Shown one piece after another: positions 17,628 through 26,635 of a stretch of DNA of 64,000 bases. Source of the stretch: Pseudomonadales bacterium. GTDB taxonomy: Bacteria > Pseudomonadota > Gammaproteobacteria > Pseudomonadales > JAHRWD01. A model generated the notes under the pieces. It worked only from the letters and a program-made list of their open reading frames with translations, made no database searches and was not told the DNA's origin. The stretch is from positions 35,925-99,924 of the forward strand of contig JAHRWD010000087.1 in assembly GCA_019090315.1 (NCBI GenBank), read 5' to 3'. Position 1 is the first letter of the stretch. The number at the start of each line of letters is the position of its first letter. A program made the position numbers and the translations under genes.

Positions 17628-20600
17628 AGTTGTATTTCTCCAGAATTGGCGTATGCATACCTTCATACTTATTCTTGAAAAGGGGTGTAACAACAAAAGG
17701 TTTCGTTACTAAAACTGGGATATTGTAATTTGGAAACCTAGGGTCCTGCACTTGAGTTCCACCATAAGGACGTTGTTGGTTGTCCCAAGAGTACGCATTG
17801 CCATATCCCTCATTACTAGGGGCATATACTTCTATATCTAATGGCTCAGCCCAGAAACCATCACTGTTTTGATACGTAACTGAGCAAGTATAGTAACAGT
17901 GCTTTCTGCCCATTTTTGCCCCTTTGGGAATTCTTTCCAGATTATATTGTTCATAACTACAGGCTTTTTGACTGACAGATTCGCATATAGCAGCGAACGA
18001 CTTAGCTGAAGCTTCCTCATCCCCATGCCCAGGCATAGAATCATTCAAAATATAACTAAACGCTCCAGTTACCGCCCCATTCCCAAATTTACCCCCACTC
18101 AAAACTGATGCAGTACCACCAACAACGGAAGACACAATTACTCCCCCTGGCGAAGGCCCCTGCCCGGCGGGGCCCGTCAAATTCATATTTCCAGCCATGG
18201 CTGTAAACCCTGCCGCAGCAAACCCATGCCCAAACTTCCCACCCTGCAATTCGGCCATTATACCGCCAGTCATACCGTGGGCAGCCACTCGCTGCCACGG
18301 GTGTAAGCCCTCAATACCCCCTATCACATAAAACGCGGCCGAACTTACACCTGCAATCGCAGCCGAACGATATGCAGCCGTAAAACTCCCTGTCTGAGCA
18401 TATGTCATATTCATACTAAATTGGGCGTTAAAGCCAATTGAACATGGACCACAGTACGCAGTACTCACAGCGGTTCCAACAATTTGCGCAAATTGCGCTA
18501 ACGCTGGATTTTTACCCAGATATTTATACAACGGCTTCTGTAATTTCGCATCAATACGTGATGCCACCCACAACGAAAAGAAATACCCACTAGGATCCGT
18601 ATAAGCCAGCGGATTATTGATCACGTATGTATACCGGTTATAACTCTGGCTATTACCCGGCGCCTGTATAAACGGATCCGCCTGCAGTACCCGGCCTAAT
18701 GAGGGGTCATAGATCCGCCCGTTCATATGGATGAGGCCCATTTCGTCGAGCTGTTCGTGGCCGGTATAACCCCTTGTGGTGACTCTGTTCTCCGCGATAA
18801 AGTCGGTGGCGATTTCGGTCGCATCCAGTACATTCCAGTTACTGGCGCGGCGGCGTTTTCCCCAGGCATCAAAGCTGAGGTCTGTTGTTGCACCACTGCT
18901 ATCAACGATCACATCAATCGAACCCTGCTGATCTTTGAAGATGTATTGAATTTCACCGGCGGAGCCGTTCCCGGCACTGGTGATGATCATGGCACCGAGG
19001 TTACTACGATATTTGACGCTCTCGTTGGGGCGGTCTATTTTTTCAACATTACCCAGATACAGGGTGGTGGTTTGGCCACCAACCGCATCATCCACCCGTT
19101 TGTAGCGACTACGGCTTGCACCGTAGTAAAAGGTGGTTGTGTGATCATTGCCTTTTTTGGCTTCGACCAATTTATCGAAGCTGTTGTAGGAAAGTGAACG
19201 GCCGTTACCGGCTGTCTGGTTGCCGTTGGCATCGTAGCTGTAGGTGGTACCTCCGGCATTGGTAACGGCATGGGGGCCGGCATTATTAGCACCGTAGGTA
19301 TAGTCGCCAATATCAGATTTATTGGTGATATTGCCACCCGCGTCATAATCAACGGTGGTGGTCTTGTAGATACTGCTTTCCGACCCTGGCGCGTAGGTCC
19401 GTACTTCTTCAAGGCGATTCAGCTCATCATAGTCGAACGCCTCAAACATGTTTTTGGTACCACTGTGGTCCCTTCTTGTTTTCAAGTTACCGATCTCATC
19501 GTAGCTGAATAATAGATCCTGTACGTCACCGTTATCGGTATTGATAGAGAGGATGCGACCGGTATCGGGCTGATAAGCACGAGTGGTGATCATGCCATTA
19601 CCGGCACGAAATTCGGTGATCTGGCCCGCAGCATTAACGGCCATCACCTCATGAATGGTTTTGCCGCTAATAACGTCCCAGCTGCGCTCCAGATAGCCAT
19701 AGTCATTGTATTTATTGCGAATTTCCCGACCATCGGCACCGGTTTTTGAGGCTATTTGATTGGTGCCGGGCTTAAAGGTGGAGCTGGCCAGATATGGAAT
19801 CCCATCAATGGCGGTGGTTGAGCCATTCGGCCGGCCGTATTGATCGTAGACAATCTCGTTTTTGTAGCCATCCAGTGTGTTTTCAACGTAGTCCAGTTGA
19901 CCCAGGCCATTGGCAGCAGAGTCGTATACCCACACACTGTCTTCATCTGCACTGATCCGGGTTTTCATGCGGCCAAGAACATCGTAGGTCATGGTGGTGA
20001 CCTGTCCTTTGGCATTGGTTTGGGTAACCAGCTCGCCCAGGGCATTGTATGTATATTTCCAATGGCCTTTATCCGGGTCATCCATGATGGTTTTTCGACC
20101 GAGAAGATCGTAGACCATTTCGATGATCTGGCCATCGGCACCTGTTACCTTTATGAGGTTGCCAGCGGCATCATAGGTATTAGTGAGCACTCCAAGCTTC
20201 GCATCGATTACGCGGACGGTCTCACCCAGTGCATTAGTAATCTCTGTTCTGGTTTGCCCCAGTGCGTTGGTTGTGGTGGTTTCGTAGCCGTTGTAGCTAA
20301 TGCTGGAGGCACTCTCATCAGGCAGTGTGACGCGAATAACTCGACCAAACGGATCATGCTGGGTTTTTGTCCAGTATATGGTGCTCGCACCTGCGACGTA
20401 GGGGCTGGAAATTTTGGCAACCCTGCCGACTGCATCGTAGTAGGTGTCGGACTGGATGGTTTCACCGTTAAACCCCAGCTTGCTTTTGCGAACCTCTCGC
20501 CCCAGCACATCAAAATACTGAATGCTTTTTTGACCTGTGCTGCTGGTTTGTATGCTGAGATAAACAGCCTGAAGCGGACAGGTTTCCACAGCGTTTTCGC

Positions 20601-23600
20601 AAAGCAGGTGTTGGTTACTTACGCTGACGCCAATGTTACTGGTGGTACTGGTAGTACGGCCCCACGCATCGTAACGAGTACTGATCTGGTTACCATTGAT
20701 CAGATTGGCCTCTGTGGTACGGCCAAACGTATCACGATCGGTAACGGTTTCCAGCACGTGGCCCATACTGTTGTAGCGCTCTTTTACGAAACGGTGGTCG
20801 TCATCATCCATTCGCACCCCGCTTGTTCGGGTAGTGATATCAGTGCTGGTATCCATGGCACTCTGGTCACCGCTTACCGTAGTACTTGTACGCTGGCCGT
20901 AAACATCATGCCCATACTCGGTAGTCAGTGTTCGACCAATACCTCCATCGGGTTCTATGATCTCTTTATTGAGAATACGTGTGATGGAATCGTAATCGAA
21001 TTTCGCTGTGCGTGGGATGGTAGTTTGACCAGGGCGTTCATGTTGTACGGTTGCTTTCTCCAGGCGACCAAGATGCCATATACCATTAATTCCAGTTGAA
21101 ACATGGTTGACGTACTCATTATTCGTAGTCGTACTGCTCACCGGGGAACCCTGGGCATCTCGTATTTCAACCTTTATCATACTCAGATTGGCGTAGTTCT
21201 TATCCTCGCCATCATCGTAGGTGTTGGTCGTCGTTACACTACCCAGTAGTTCACCACTAACAGAGTCATAGCTCGTTTCTACGCTGTTGGCGATGTAGGG
21301 ATAAATCGCTTCACCAGCGGTGCTATTTTGTTGCCATTCGTTATCCGCAACGCTCAGCAGGGTATCGGTATCAAGATGGTATTTAACGGTTTGCAGGGGC
21401 ATACCGGCGAAGGGGAAATCTTGCCGATAACGGGTATCCACCAGCACACCGGACTGTGGGTCGTAGGTGGTGAGGTATTCAAAACCCAGTGATCCCCTGC
21501 CACCGGCCTGTATTCGCAGCCCCTGATAGAAGTACTCCATTTCTGCCATATGATCCGAATCGGTTTCGGTTGGCGCACTGCTGCTAACCCGTGAAACCAC
21601 GTACATTGGGCTGTTAAGGTCAAATACCGGCGAGCCATTGCCCCAATCAAATTCACTGGCACCATGGCCAGGGGTATAGATCAGATCCTGATCATTGGTG
21701 AGGGTAGTGTAGTCAATTTCAGTTTTGGCACCCAAACCGTTGGTGATGCGATGGATTAGATCCTGGGGGGTGCGGTCAAAGCGATTGAAGTAGATAGTAT
21801 AGTTATTTTGATCGATATTTGCCGCGAGGAGGTCAGCATAGCTGTCGCCATCGATATCTAGAAAAGCCATCGTATGGTCGGGATTGATGAGGCGCCAATC
21901 ACCAATACTTGGACCAACTAGCATTGCCGCCCCATAACCACGACCGTTCCAATAACGCACGCAAAGAGCCTGCTGGTCGTTATAGTTGCAGATTTGCACC
22001 AGATCAGACATTCGATCGCCGTTTAAATCAGCGAACTGCATTTTTTTTGGTTTGCTGATCTTACCCACACTCATCGCATCCTCAAAGGAGCTACCTAAAC
22101 CATAGGGAGTTCCATTGTTGAGTCGATAAAACCATTCATCACCGATCTTGCTAAAAATATCGGTCAGGCCATCACTATTAATATCAATCAGCCGAAAGTT
22201 CTCAGCATTCTCATCCACCGGGAGAAGAGCTGCGATTTCAGTTTCCGCTGAGGACATATGGGTAAAGCGTGTGGGGTAGGTCGAATCATCGGTTGGATCA
22301 ACCGTCAGCAATATCCATTTTTTTGAATAGGTAGTTTCAATCAGCTCGGTGCGTATTACCTTTAAAAGAAGATCGACCCGGCCATCACCATTCAGATCCA
22401 TCGGTGGGTGTTTTTTAAAATCAGCCTTTATATTGCCTCCTGCACCCTCCACGGTAATAAGCTCCAGCTTTTGTTCCTTACCATAAGAATAGGGTTGATC
22501 GGCGCTCCAGCTACTGTTTTTCTTCAGATACCGAATACGAATATCGTTGTCACCGGAGTGATACAACATATCTACAAGGCCATCACCATTTAGATCGCTG
22601 AAGATTGCTTTTGAACTGCTGGTTGAGGGGACCCCTATATCGATAGCGCTGCTAGAGAGCGTCGCCCCGTTAGACAGGTGTACCTTCCAACGGCTACCGG
22701 TGGCATAAACCAGATCCTGATAGCCGTCATTGTTGTAGTCAATCACGTGCCATGCTTCGCGGGCTTGGCTGAATGCTCTTACGCTAAAACTGGATTTTAC
22801 CAACGAGGTGCCGTCCGAGTAGGAAAGCCTGAAGCGATATTCGTCACCATTGTGATAAAGCCATAACCAGTCCTGCTTGCCATCGCCGTTAACATCAATG
22901 GTCTGCCCACCAAGGTAGGATTTCTGCACACCAAATTCACCTGTTACTTGATCACCCTGAAGTACGCGGTCGGGCTCATGCCAGTTAAATTTGGTTGCCG
23001 GAAGGCAGTTCGTGTCACTCACACACTCCTGTACGCTACGCAGTAAGTTTCGCTGAGTGCCTTTGCTAAGCCCGTAACGCAGGTTGTATTGGCGAAATAG
23101 ATCGCTACCTTCACGCACCTCAATTGAGTCTAGCCGCCTACTGACAGTGTTTTTGGAACCTAGCCCATAGAAAATATTGGTATCTGATCGGGTATTGCTG
23201 TACTTAAATTTAATTGAGGCGTTAGGGGAGTCAGTGCTGTCGTGACCGGTATATTTCACCTGATCGATACGAAAATCACCATCGGTATCTGCTAGGTATT
23301 GGTACAGCATGTAGTTTCCGGCGCTGTCGGAAAATTTATTTTGGGCCCAGTAATTTACGATACTGCCAACACTCAGGCTGGATACTACCGCGGAGTCAGT
23401 GCTGTTACCGTATTCTGAAATGGAACCGTCTTTACGCCATACTTTAAAATAGAGCTTACCGGTTGCGGAGGTAACGGATCTCACCCGCAGGGATTGGTCA
23501 ATCTCGGTTCGATATTCATTGCCCGCCTCACCATATTCATTACTACCCGCTACCTTAACCAGGCGTGCACCATCCAGACAGAAGCGATCTTCATCATCAA

Positions 23601-25284
23601 GCATTACGGTACGATTGCGTAGGTCCGCCTCATAGCTTTGCCTACAACGAGAGATACTGGATAGACCACCCACAGACCAACCCACACCGGCGTAACCATT
23701 ACCGGCACCGCTGTTGTAGTTAAGGCTCATCTGCGGCGTGACGCCACCCAGCCCGGGCAGGTCTGCAATGGCAATGGCGTACCCGGCAGCACCCTGTTGG
23801 TCGACACGGAAACTGCCACCGGTACTACCGACTTCACTGGAAGAAACTGGGCCTACATCATTTATTCCGTTAACTTCCCCATCAACGAGCACCGACACTG
23901 CGTCATCGGTATAGCACTGTTCTGTTTTAGGCGAATCCCACTGATTGATCCACCAACAATGTTTAATTCTATAGTGGTACTCACCATCAGGTTGATTATT
24001 GATCATATGAGAGGTTGCGCTTGAGCTTTTTAATCGCACATGCCACTCGCCCGAACCGACACGCTCCTGTAATTCAAAATACCTCAAATCACTACCAAAA
24101 ACGGCAAAAACGGCCCCATTCGGTATCACCCAGGAGATGTTATATGCGCCACCTTGAACAACATCGGCGGGCACACTGATAGAAAAATGATCACCTGCGA
24201 TGGGTGAATCGGTGACAGTAAGGTTCTGCGATTCCACCAGCACCGAGGCGGCTGGGCTAGGCGCACTGCAAAGACCATTTACATCACAAACTCGCACCCG
24301 ATAGTAATAAATACCGTTGCTGCGCCCCGTTGCTGTGTACTTCCGACTAGAATCATTCTGCCGTATCGTCCATGTGCCATCGATTCCGTTGCGTTCTTCA
24401 AGTTGGTACATCATATTAGCCGTAGGAGAAACGGACCACGAAAGTTCATAGGATGGGCTATTGCTTATGGCAGGGGCTTGAATGCCACTGAGAGGAGAAG
24501 GTGCTCGCAAATCTATGACAGTGTGCTCTGAGATTTCGGTGCAGTTCATCACGAAATTGTCTTCCAGGCTTGCAGGATACCCACAAGCTAATAAACGGTA
24601 GCGGTAATAGCCTTTAATGGACTGATCGGATATGTTGTAAGTTTGAGCTTGGTATTCGCTGGTGTAACCCTCAAACAAACTAGTCCATTCACCCGATTCG
24701 GTTTCCACCTGCAACAAATAGTTAATGCGTGGTCGCGAAGTCCAGCCCAAGTTATAGTTTCCGTCGGTAGTGGTACTTTGGTGGCTCTTTTCCAGGCTAT
24801 TAATATTACGTAACACCCCGTTTTCCGGGGCAGGCGTGACTGGACCGTCGGCGGGATCGGCTACCGTTACATATATACCAGAACCATTGTAAGGGCATGG
24901 ATCGTAAAGGAGACATCCGTGTAGCCTATATTCATATATACCGGGCCCCTTACCTGTAACCGAATAACTAGATGTTGGAGGTACACCCTGAACCAATGTT
25001 ACCCAACTGCCTGAACTATTACGCGTTTGCAAAGACACGTACAAGCCAGCACCTGCCCAGCTCAATGTATAGCTGCCATTGTTATTCACATCTGCAGTTG
25101 CAATATGTCGCTTGGAGTTTGGCGTTGGGTTTGCGGTAAACTCGTCGTAGCTCAAATAATTAATTGTGGGCAGATCAGAAGGCACCGTCATGGCAACAGC
25201 CTGAGCGGTATACAAAAATGAGGTAAGGAAGCAGAAGTAATAAAAAGCGAGGGGGATTTGGCGGCGTGCGAAATGACGAATCAT
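17617..25284 (-). CDS. Secreted SpvB/FG-GAP/RHS-repeat polymorphic toxin (Tc-toxin BC-like fusion), 2555 aa
   Basis: - Sec-type signal peptide (FYYFCFLTSFLYTAQAVA).
- Four modules of about 95 aa, each ending G-x-Y-x-Y-R-x-x-x-C.
- SpvB-type segment (GGSFRVDQQGAAGYAIAIADLPGLGGVTPQMSLNYNSG).
- Seven FG-GAP/VCBS-like DxNGDGxxD loops.
- Long YD/RHS repeat run.
- RHS core ending GRIYDPSLGRVLQADP...NPLAYTDPSGY.
- A C-terminal region of about 320 aa follows. Confidence 0.9.
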   Translation of the reverse strand: MIRHFARRQIPLAFYYFCFLTSFLYTAQAVAMTVPSDLPTINYLSYDEFTANPTPNSKRHIATADVNNNGSYTLSWAGAGLYVSLQTRNSSGSWVTLVQGVPPTSSYSVTGKGPGIYEYRLHGCLLYDPCPYNGSGIYVTVADPADGPVTPAPENGVLRNINSLEKSHQSTTTDGNYNLGWTSRPRINYLLQVETESGEWTSLFEGYTSEYQAQTYNISDQSIKGYYRYRLLACGYPASLEDNFVMNCTEISEHTVIDLRAPSPLSGIQAPAISNSPSYELSWSVSPTANMMYQLEERNGIDGTWTIRQNDSSRKYTATGRSNGIYYYRVRVCDVNGLCSAPSPAASVLVESQNLTVTDSPIAGDHFSISVPADVVQGGAYNISWVIPNGAVFAVFGSDLRYFELQERVGSGEWHVRLKSSSATSHMINNQPDGEYHYRIKHCWWINQWDSPKTEQCYTDDAVSVLVDGEVNGINDVGPVSSSEVGSTGGSFRVDQQGAAGYAIAIADLPGLGGVTPQMSLNYNSGAGNGYAGVGWSVGGLSSISRCRQSYEADLRNRTVMLDDEDRFCLDGARLVKVAGSNEYGEAGNEYRTEIDQSLRVRSVTSATGKLYFKVWRKDGSISEYGNSTDSAVVSSLSVGSIVNYWAQNKFSDSAGNYMLYQYLADTDGDFRIDQVKYTGHDSTDSPNASIKFKYSNTRSDTNIFYGLGSKNTVSRRLDSIEVREGSDLFRQYNLRYGLSKGTQRNLLRSVQECVSDTNCLPATKFNWHEPDRVLQGDQVTGEFGVQKSYLGGQTIDVNGDGKQDWLWLYHNGDEYRFRLSYSDGTSLVKSSFSVRAFSQAREAWHVIDYNNDGYQDLVYATGSRWKVHLSNGATLSSSAIDIGVPSTSSSKAIFSDLNGDGLVDMLYHSGDNDIRIRYLKKNSSWSADQPYSYGKEQKLELITVEGAGGNIKADFKKHPPMDLNGDGRVDLLLKVIRTELIETTYSKKWILLTVDPTDDSTYPTRFTHMSSAETEIAALLPVDENAENFRLIDINSDGLTDIFSKIGDEWFYRLNNGTPYGLGSSFEDAMSVGKISKPKKMQFADLNGDRMSDLVQICNYNDQQALCVRYWNGRGYGAAMLVGPSIGDWRLINPDHTMAFLDIDGDSYADLLAANIDQNNYTIYFNRFDRTPQDLIHRITNGLGAKTEIDYTTLTNDQDLIYTPGHGASEFDWGNGSPVFDLNSPMYVVSRVSSSAPTETDSDHMAEMEYFYQGLRIQAGGRGSLGFEYLTTYDPQSGVLVDTRYRQDFPFAGMPLQTVKYHLDTDTLLSVADNEWQQNSTAGEAIYPYIANSVETSYDSVSGELLGSVTTTNTYDDGEDKNYANLSMIKVEIRDAQGSPVSSTTTNNEYVNHVSTGINGIWHLGRLEKATVQHERPGQTTIPRTAKFDYDSITRILNKEIIEPDGGIGRTLTTEYGHDVYGQRTSTTVSGDQSAMDTSTDITTRTSGVRMDDDDHRFVKERYNSMGHVLETVTDRDTFGRTTEANLINGNQISTRYDAWGRTTSTTSNIGVSVSNQHLLCENAVETCPLQAVYLSIQTSSTGQKSIQYFDVLGREVRKSKLGFNGETIQSDTYYDAVGRVAKISSPYVAGASTIYWTKTQHDPFGRVIRVTLPDESASSISYNGYETTTTNALGQTRTEITNALGETVRVIDAKLGVLTNTYDAAGNLIKVTGADGQIIEMVYDLLGRKTIMDDPDKGHWKYTYNALGELVTQTNAKGQVTTMTYDVLGRMKTRISADEDSVWVYDSAANGLGQLDYVENTLDGYKNEIVYDQYGRPNGSTTAIDGIPYLASSTFKPGTNQIASKTGADGREIRNKYNDYGYLERSWDVISGKTIHEVMAVNAAGQITEFRAGNGMITTRAYQPDTGRILSINTDNGDVQDLLFSYDEIGNLKTRRDHSGTKNMFEAFDYDELNRLEEVRTYAPGSESSIYKTTTVDYDAGGNITNKSDIGDYTYGANNAGPHAVTNAGGTTYSYDANGNQTAGNGRSLSYNSFDKLVEAKKGNDHTTTFYYGASRSRYKRVDDAVGGQTTTLYLGNVEKIDRPNESVKYRSNLGAMIITSAGNGSAGEIQYIFKDQQGSIDVIVDSSGATTDLSFDAWGKRRRASNWNVLDATEIATDFIAENRVTTRGYTGHEQLDEMGLIHMNGRIYDPSLGRVLQADPFIQAPGNSQSYNRYTYVINNPLAYTDPSGYFFSLWVASRIDAKLQKPLYKYLGKNPALAQFAQIVGTAVSTAYCGPCSIGFNAQFSMNMTYAQTGSFTAAYRSAAIAGVSSAAFYVIGGIEGLHPWQRVAAHGMTGGIMAELQGGKFGHGFAAAGFTAMAGNMNLTGPAGQGPSPGGVIVSSVVGGTASVLSGGKFGNGAVTGAFSYILNDSMPGHGDEEASAKSFAAICESVSQKACSYEQYNLERIPKGAKMGRKHCYYTCSVTYQNSDGFWAEPLDIEVYAPSNEGYGNAYSWDNQQRPYGGTQVQDPRFPNYNIPVLVTKPFVVTPLFKNKYEGMHTPILEKYNYDQ

Positions 25285-25645
25285 GTACTTACTTCCCTTA
25301 ACAATCCTTGTAACCGCTTATACCTTCTAGGGTATTCGCAGCAGAAAAAGCATAGGGCGAACTTCGTGTTCACCAGCCAGATAAAAACCTGGCGAGCTGA
25401 AGTCTAAAAAACTTTCGTCGAATCTGTCAAGGGTCATTACTAGCAACGCTGATTTTTAAAGTTCAACCGTTTCACGGCTACGGAATTTCTAGCAATACTT
25501 TTTCGCGCTACACATTGCTTACAATTGCCCGATCGCTGAATTTTATTTACGGCCGCTTGACCATAGTGGTACTCTAAAAAACGTACTGGCTTTCTACAAC
25601 CCGCAAAACAGCCCTCAAAATAGCCGCCAAATATAATGGAGTGTA

Positions 25646-26302
25646 ATGATGTTACAAGGATCAGTTTCAGCAACATCCAGGTACATAATGTTAGCGGCGT
25701 TGGCGCTCTGTTTCGGACTGTTTTTATCGTATCTATTGCGTGATATAGGTAAGTCAGCCCCGCCACCCATAGCGCTCCCCTCGTCTTCAACTGGTCAATC
25801 CATTTCTGATAGCAGACCACGGCTGGATCAAAACACCGCCTCGGAAATCGCCACTACCGGCCCTGCCCCAGATCCAGCACCCAGTCCAGTACAAACGGTT
25901 GTTGAGACCAATTCGCTACGTTTGACTCTGGAGGGAGTGTTTTTAGCTTCTGACCCGAAAAAAGCCACCGCGATGATTCGTAATTCCGACGGTCTCAGCA
26001 AGCTGTATTACGTTGGTGAAGTGCTAGCCGAGCAAGTGGTGCTTGATGCGATCAACCGAAATTATGTAGTGGTATTACAGGATGGCAAGACGATACGACT
26101 CGGCATCAATACAAACCGTACTGGTGACCCCAGCCCGGCGAATAACAACTCACTGCCGACGGCCTATCAAGCTGCTACCGCTCGGGACTCGGGAAACAAT
26201 GAGGAATACAGCGACGACACATCACGCTTAAGCAAACAGCAGGTGATGAACAGATTGCAGACCCTTCGTCAGGACAATTTCGGTAGAACCCCATCGGATT
26301 GA
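25646..26302 (+). CDS. GspC-like protein with TM plus HR domain only (no PDZ)
   Basis: GGAG lies 5 nt upstream of the ATG, and there is an N-terminal TM (IMLAALALCFGLFLSYLL). The segment LRLTLEGVFLASDPKKATAMIRNSDGLSKLYYVGEVLAEQVVLDAI..VVVLQDGKTIRL aligns by eye with the HR region of the in-window GspC (LKFELRGIFISSDNKDTRALIAEKGKPARSYKKEDELPGNVVVADI..VLLRRAGRLETL). Confidence 0.6.
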   Translation: MMLQGSVSATSRYIMLAALALCFGLFLSYLLRDIGKSAPPPIALPSSSTGQSISDSRPRLDQNTASEIATTGPAPDPAPSPVQTVVETNSLRLTLEGVFLASDPKKATAMIRNSDGLSKLYYVGEVLAEQVVLDAINRNYVVVLQDGKTIRLGINTNRTGDPSPANNNSLPTAYQAATARDSGNNEEYSDDTSRLSKQQVMNRLQTLRQDNFGRTPSD

Positions 26303-26467
26303 TCCACACCTAAGCGCATCTAAAAAACGCCATAAGATATAGAGTACTCCCAGCACAAGGTTTTGTCCTGGGTCAATAAATCCTGTTAGGCTACGGGTTA
26401 GGTTTACGGTAGCTTTTTAGTCCATTTTTCAAATTCCGACCCAAAAGCACGAATTCAATAACAATAA

Positions 26468-26606
26468 GAGGCCTTTGCACGAGAGATGATTTTGCTTTCA
26501 GGCAAGGCAAAAATACGCGCAGAGAGAGAATTTACAGATGTAAATGACCGATTGAGCATATTTTTAACGCCGCATGGGAGCAAAATGGCTCTCGTGCAAA
26601 GGCCTC
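26468..26606. repeat. 139-bp hairpin/MITE-like element with 18-bp perfect terminal inverted repeat
   Basis: gaggcctttgcacgagag (26468-26485) is the exact reverse complement of ctctcgtgcaaaggcctc (26589-26606). The stem extends imperfectly through attttgct/agcaaaat. The element ends 30 nt before the monooxygenase ATG. Confidence 0.8.
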
Positions 26607-26635
26607 AATAACACCCTTTCAGGAGAACACAGGCC

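Noticed and set aside
19840-21099. 419-aa plus-strand ORF, along with several other long ORFs between 18727 and 25221.
   Set aside because: They lie entirely inside, and antisense to, the RHS-repeat coding region. They have low-complexity composition and no motifs. Long antisense frames like these are typical of YD-repeat genes.
17617-25284. Whether the RHS protein is a T6SS effector or a CDI (two-partner secretion) toxin.
   Set aside because: It has no PAAR, VgrG, DUF4150 or prePAAR motif, no TPS domain at the N-terminus, and no T6SS or CdiB genes in the window. A classical Sec signal peptide is present instead.
25440-25820. 126-aa minus-strand ORF in the toxin/GspC-like intergenic region.
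   Set aside because: It overlaps the better-supported plus-strand GspC-like gene, which has an RBS, a TM and an HR-domain similarity. It has odd Cys/Arg-rich composition and no motif.
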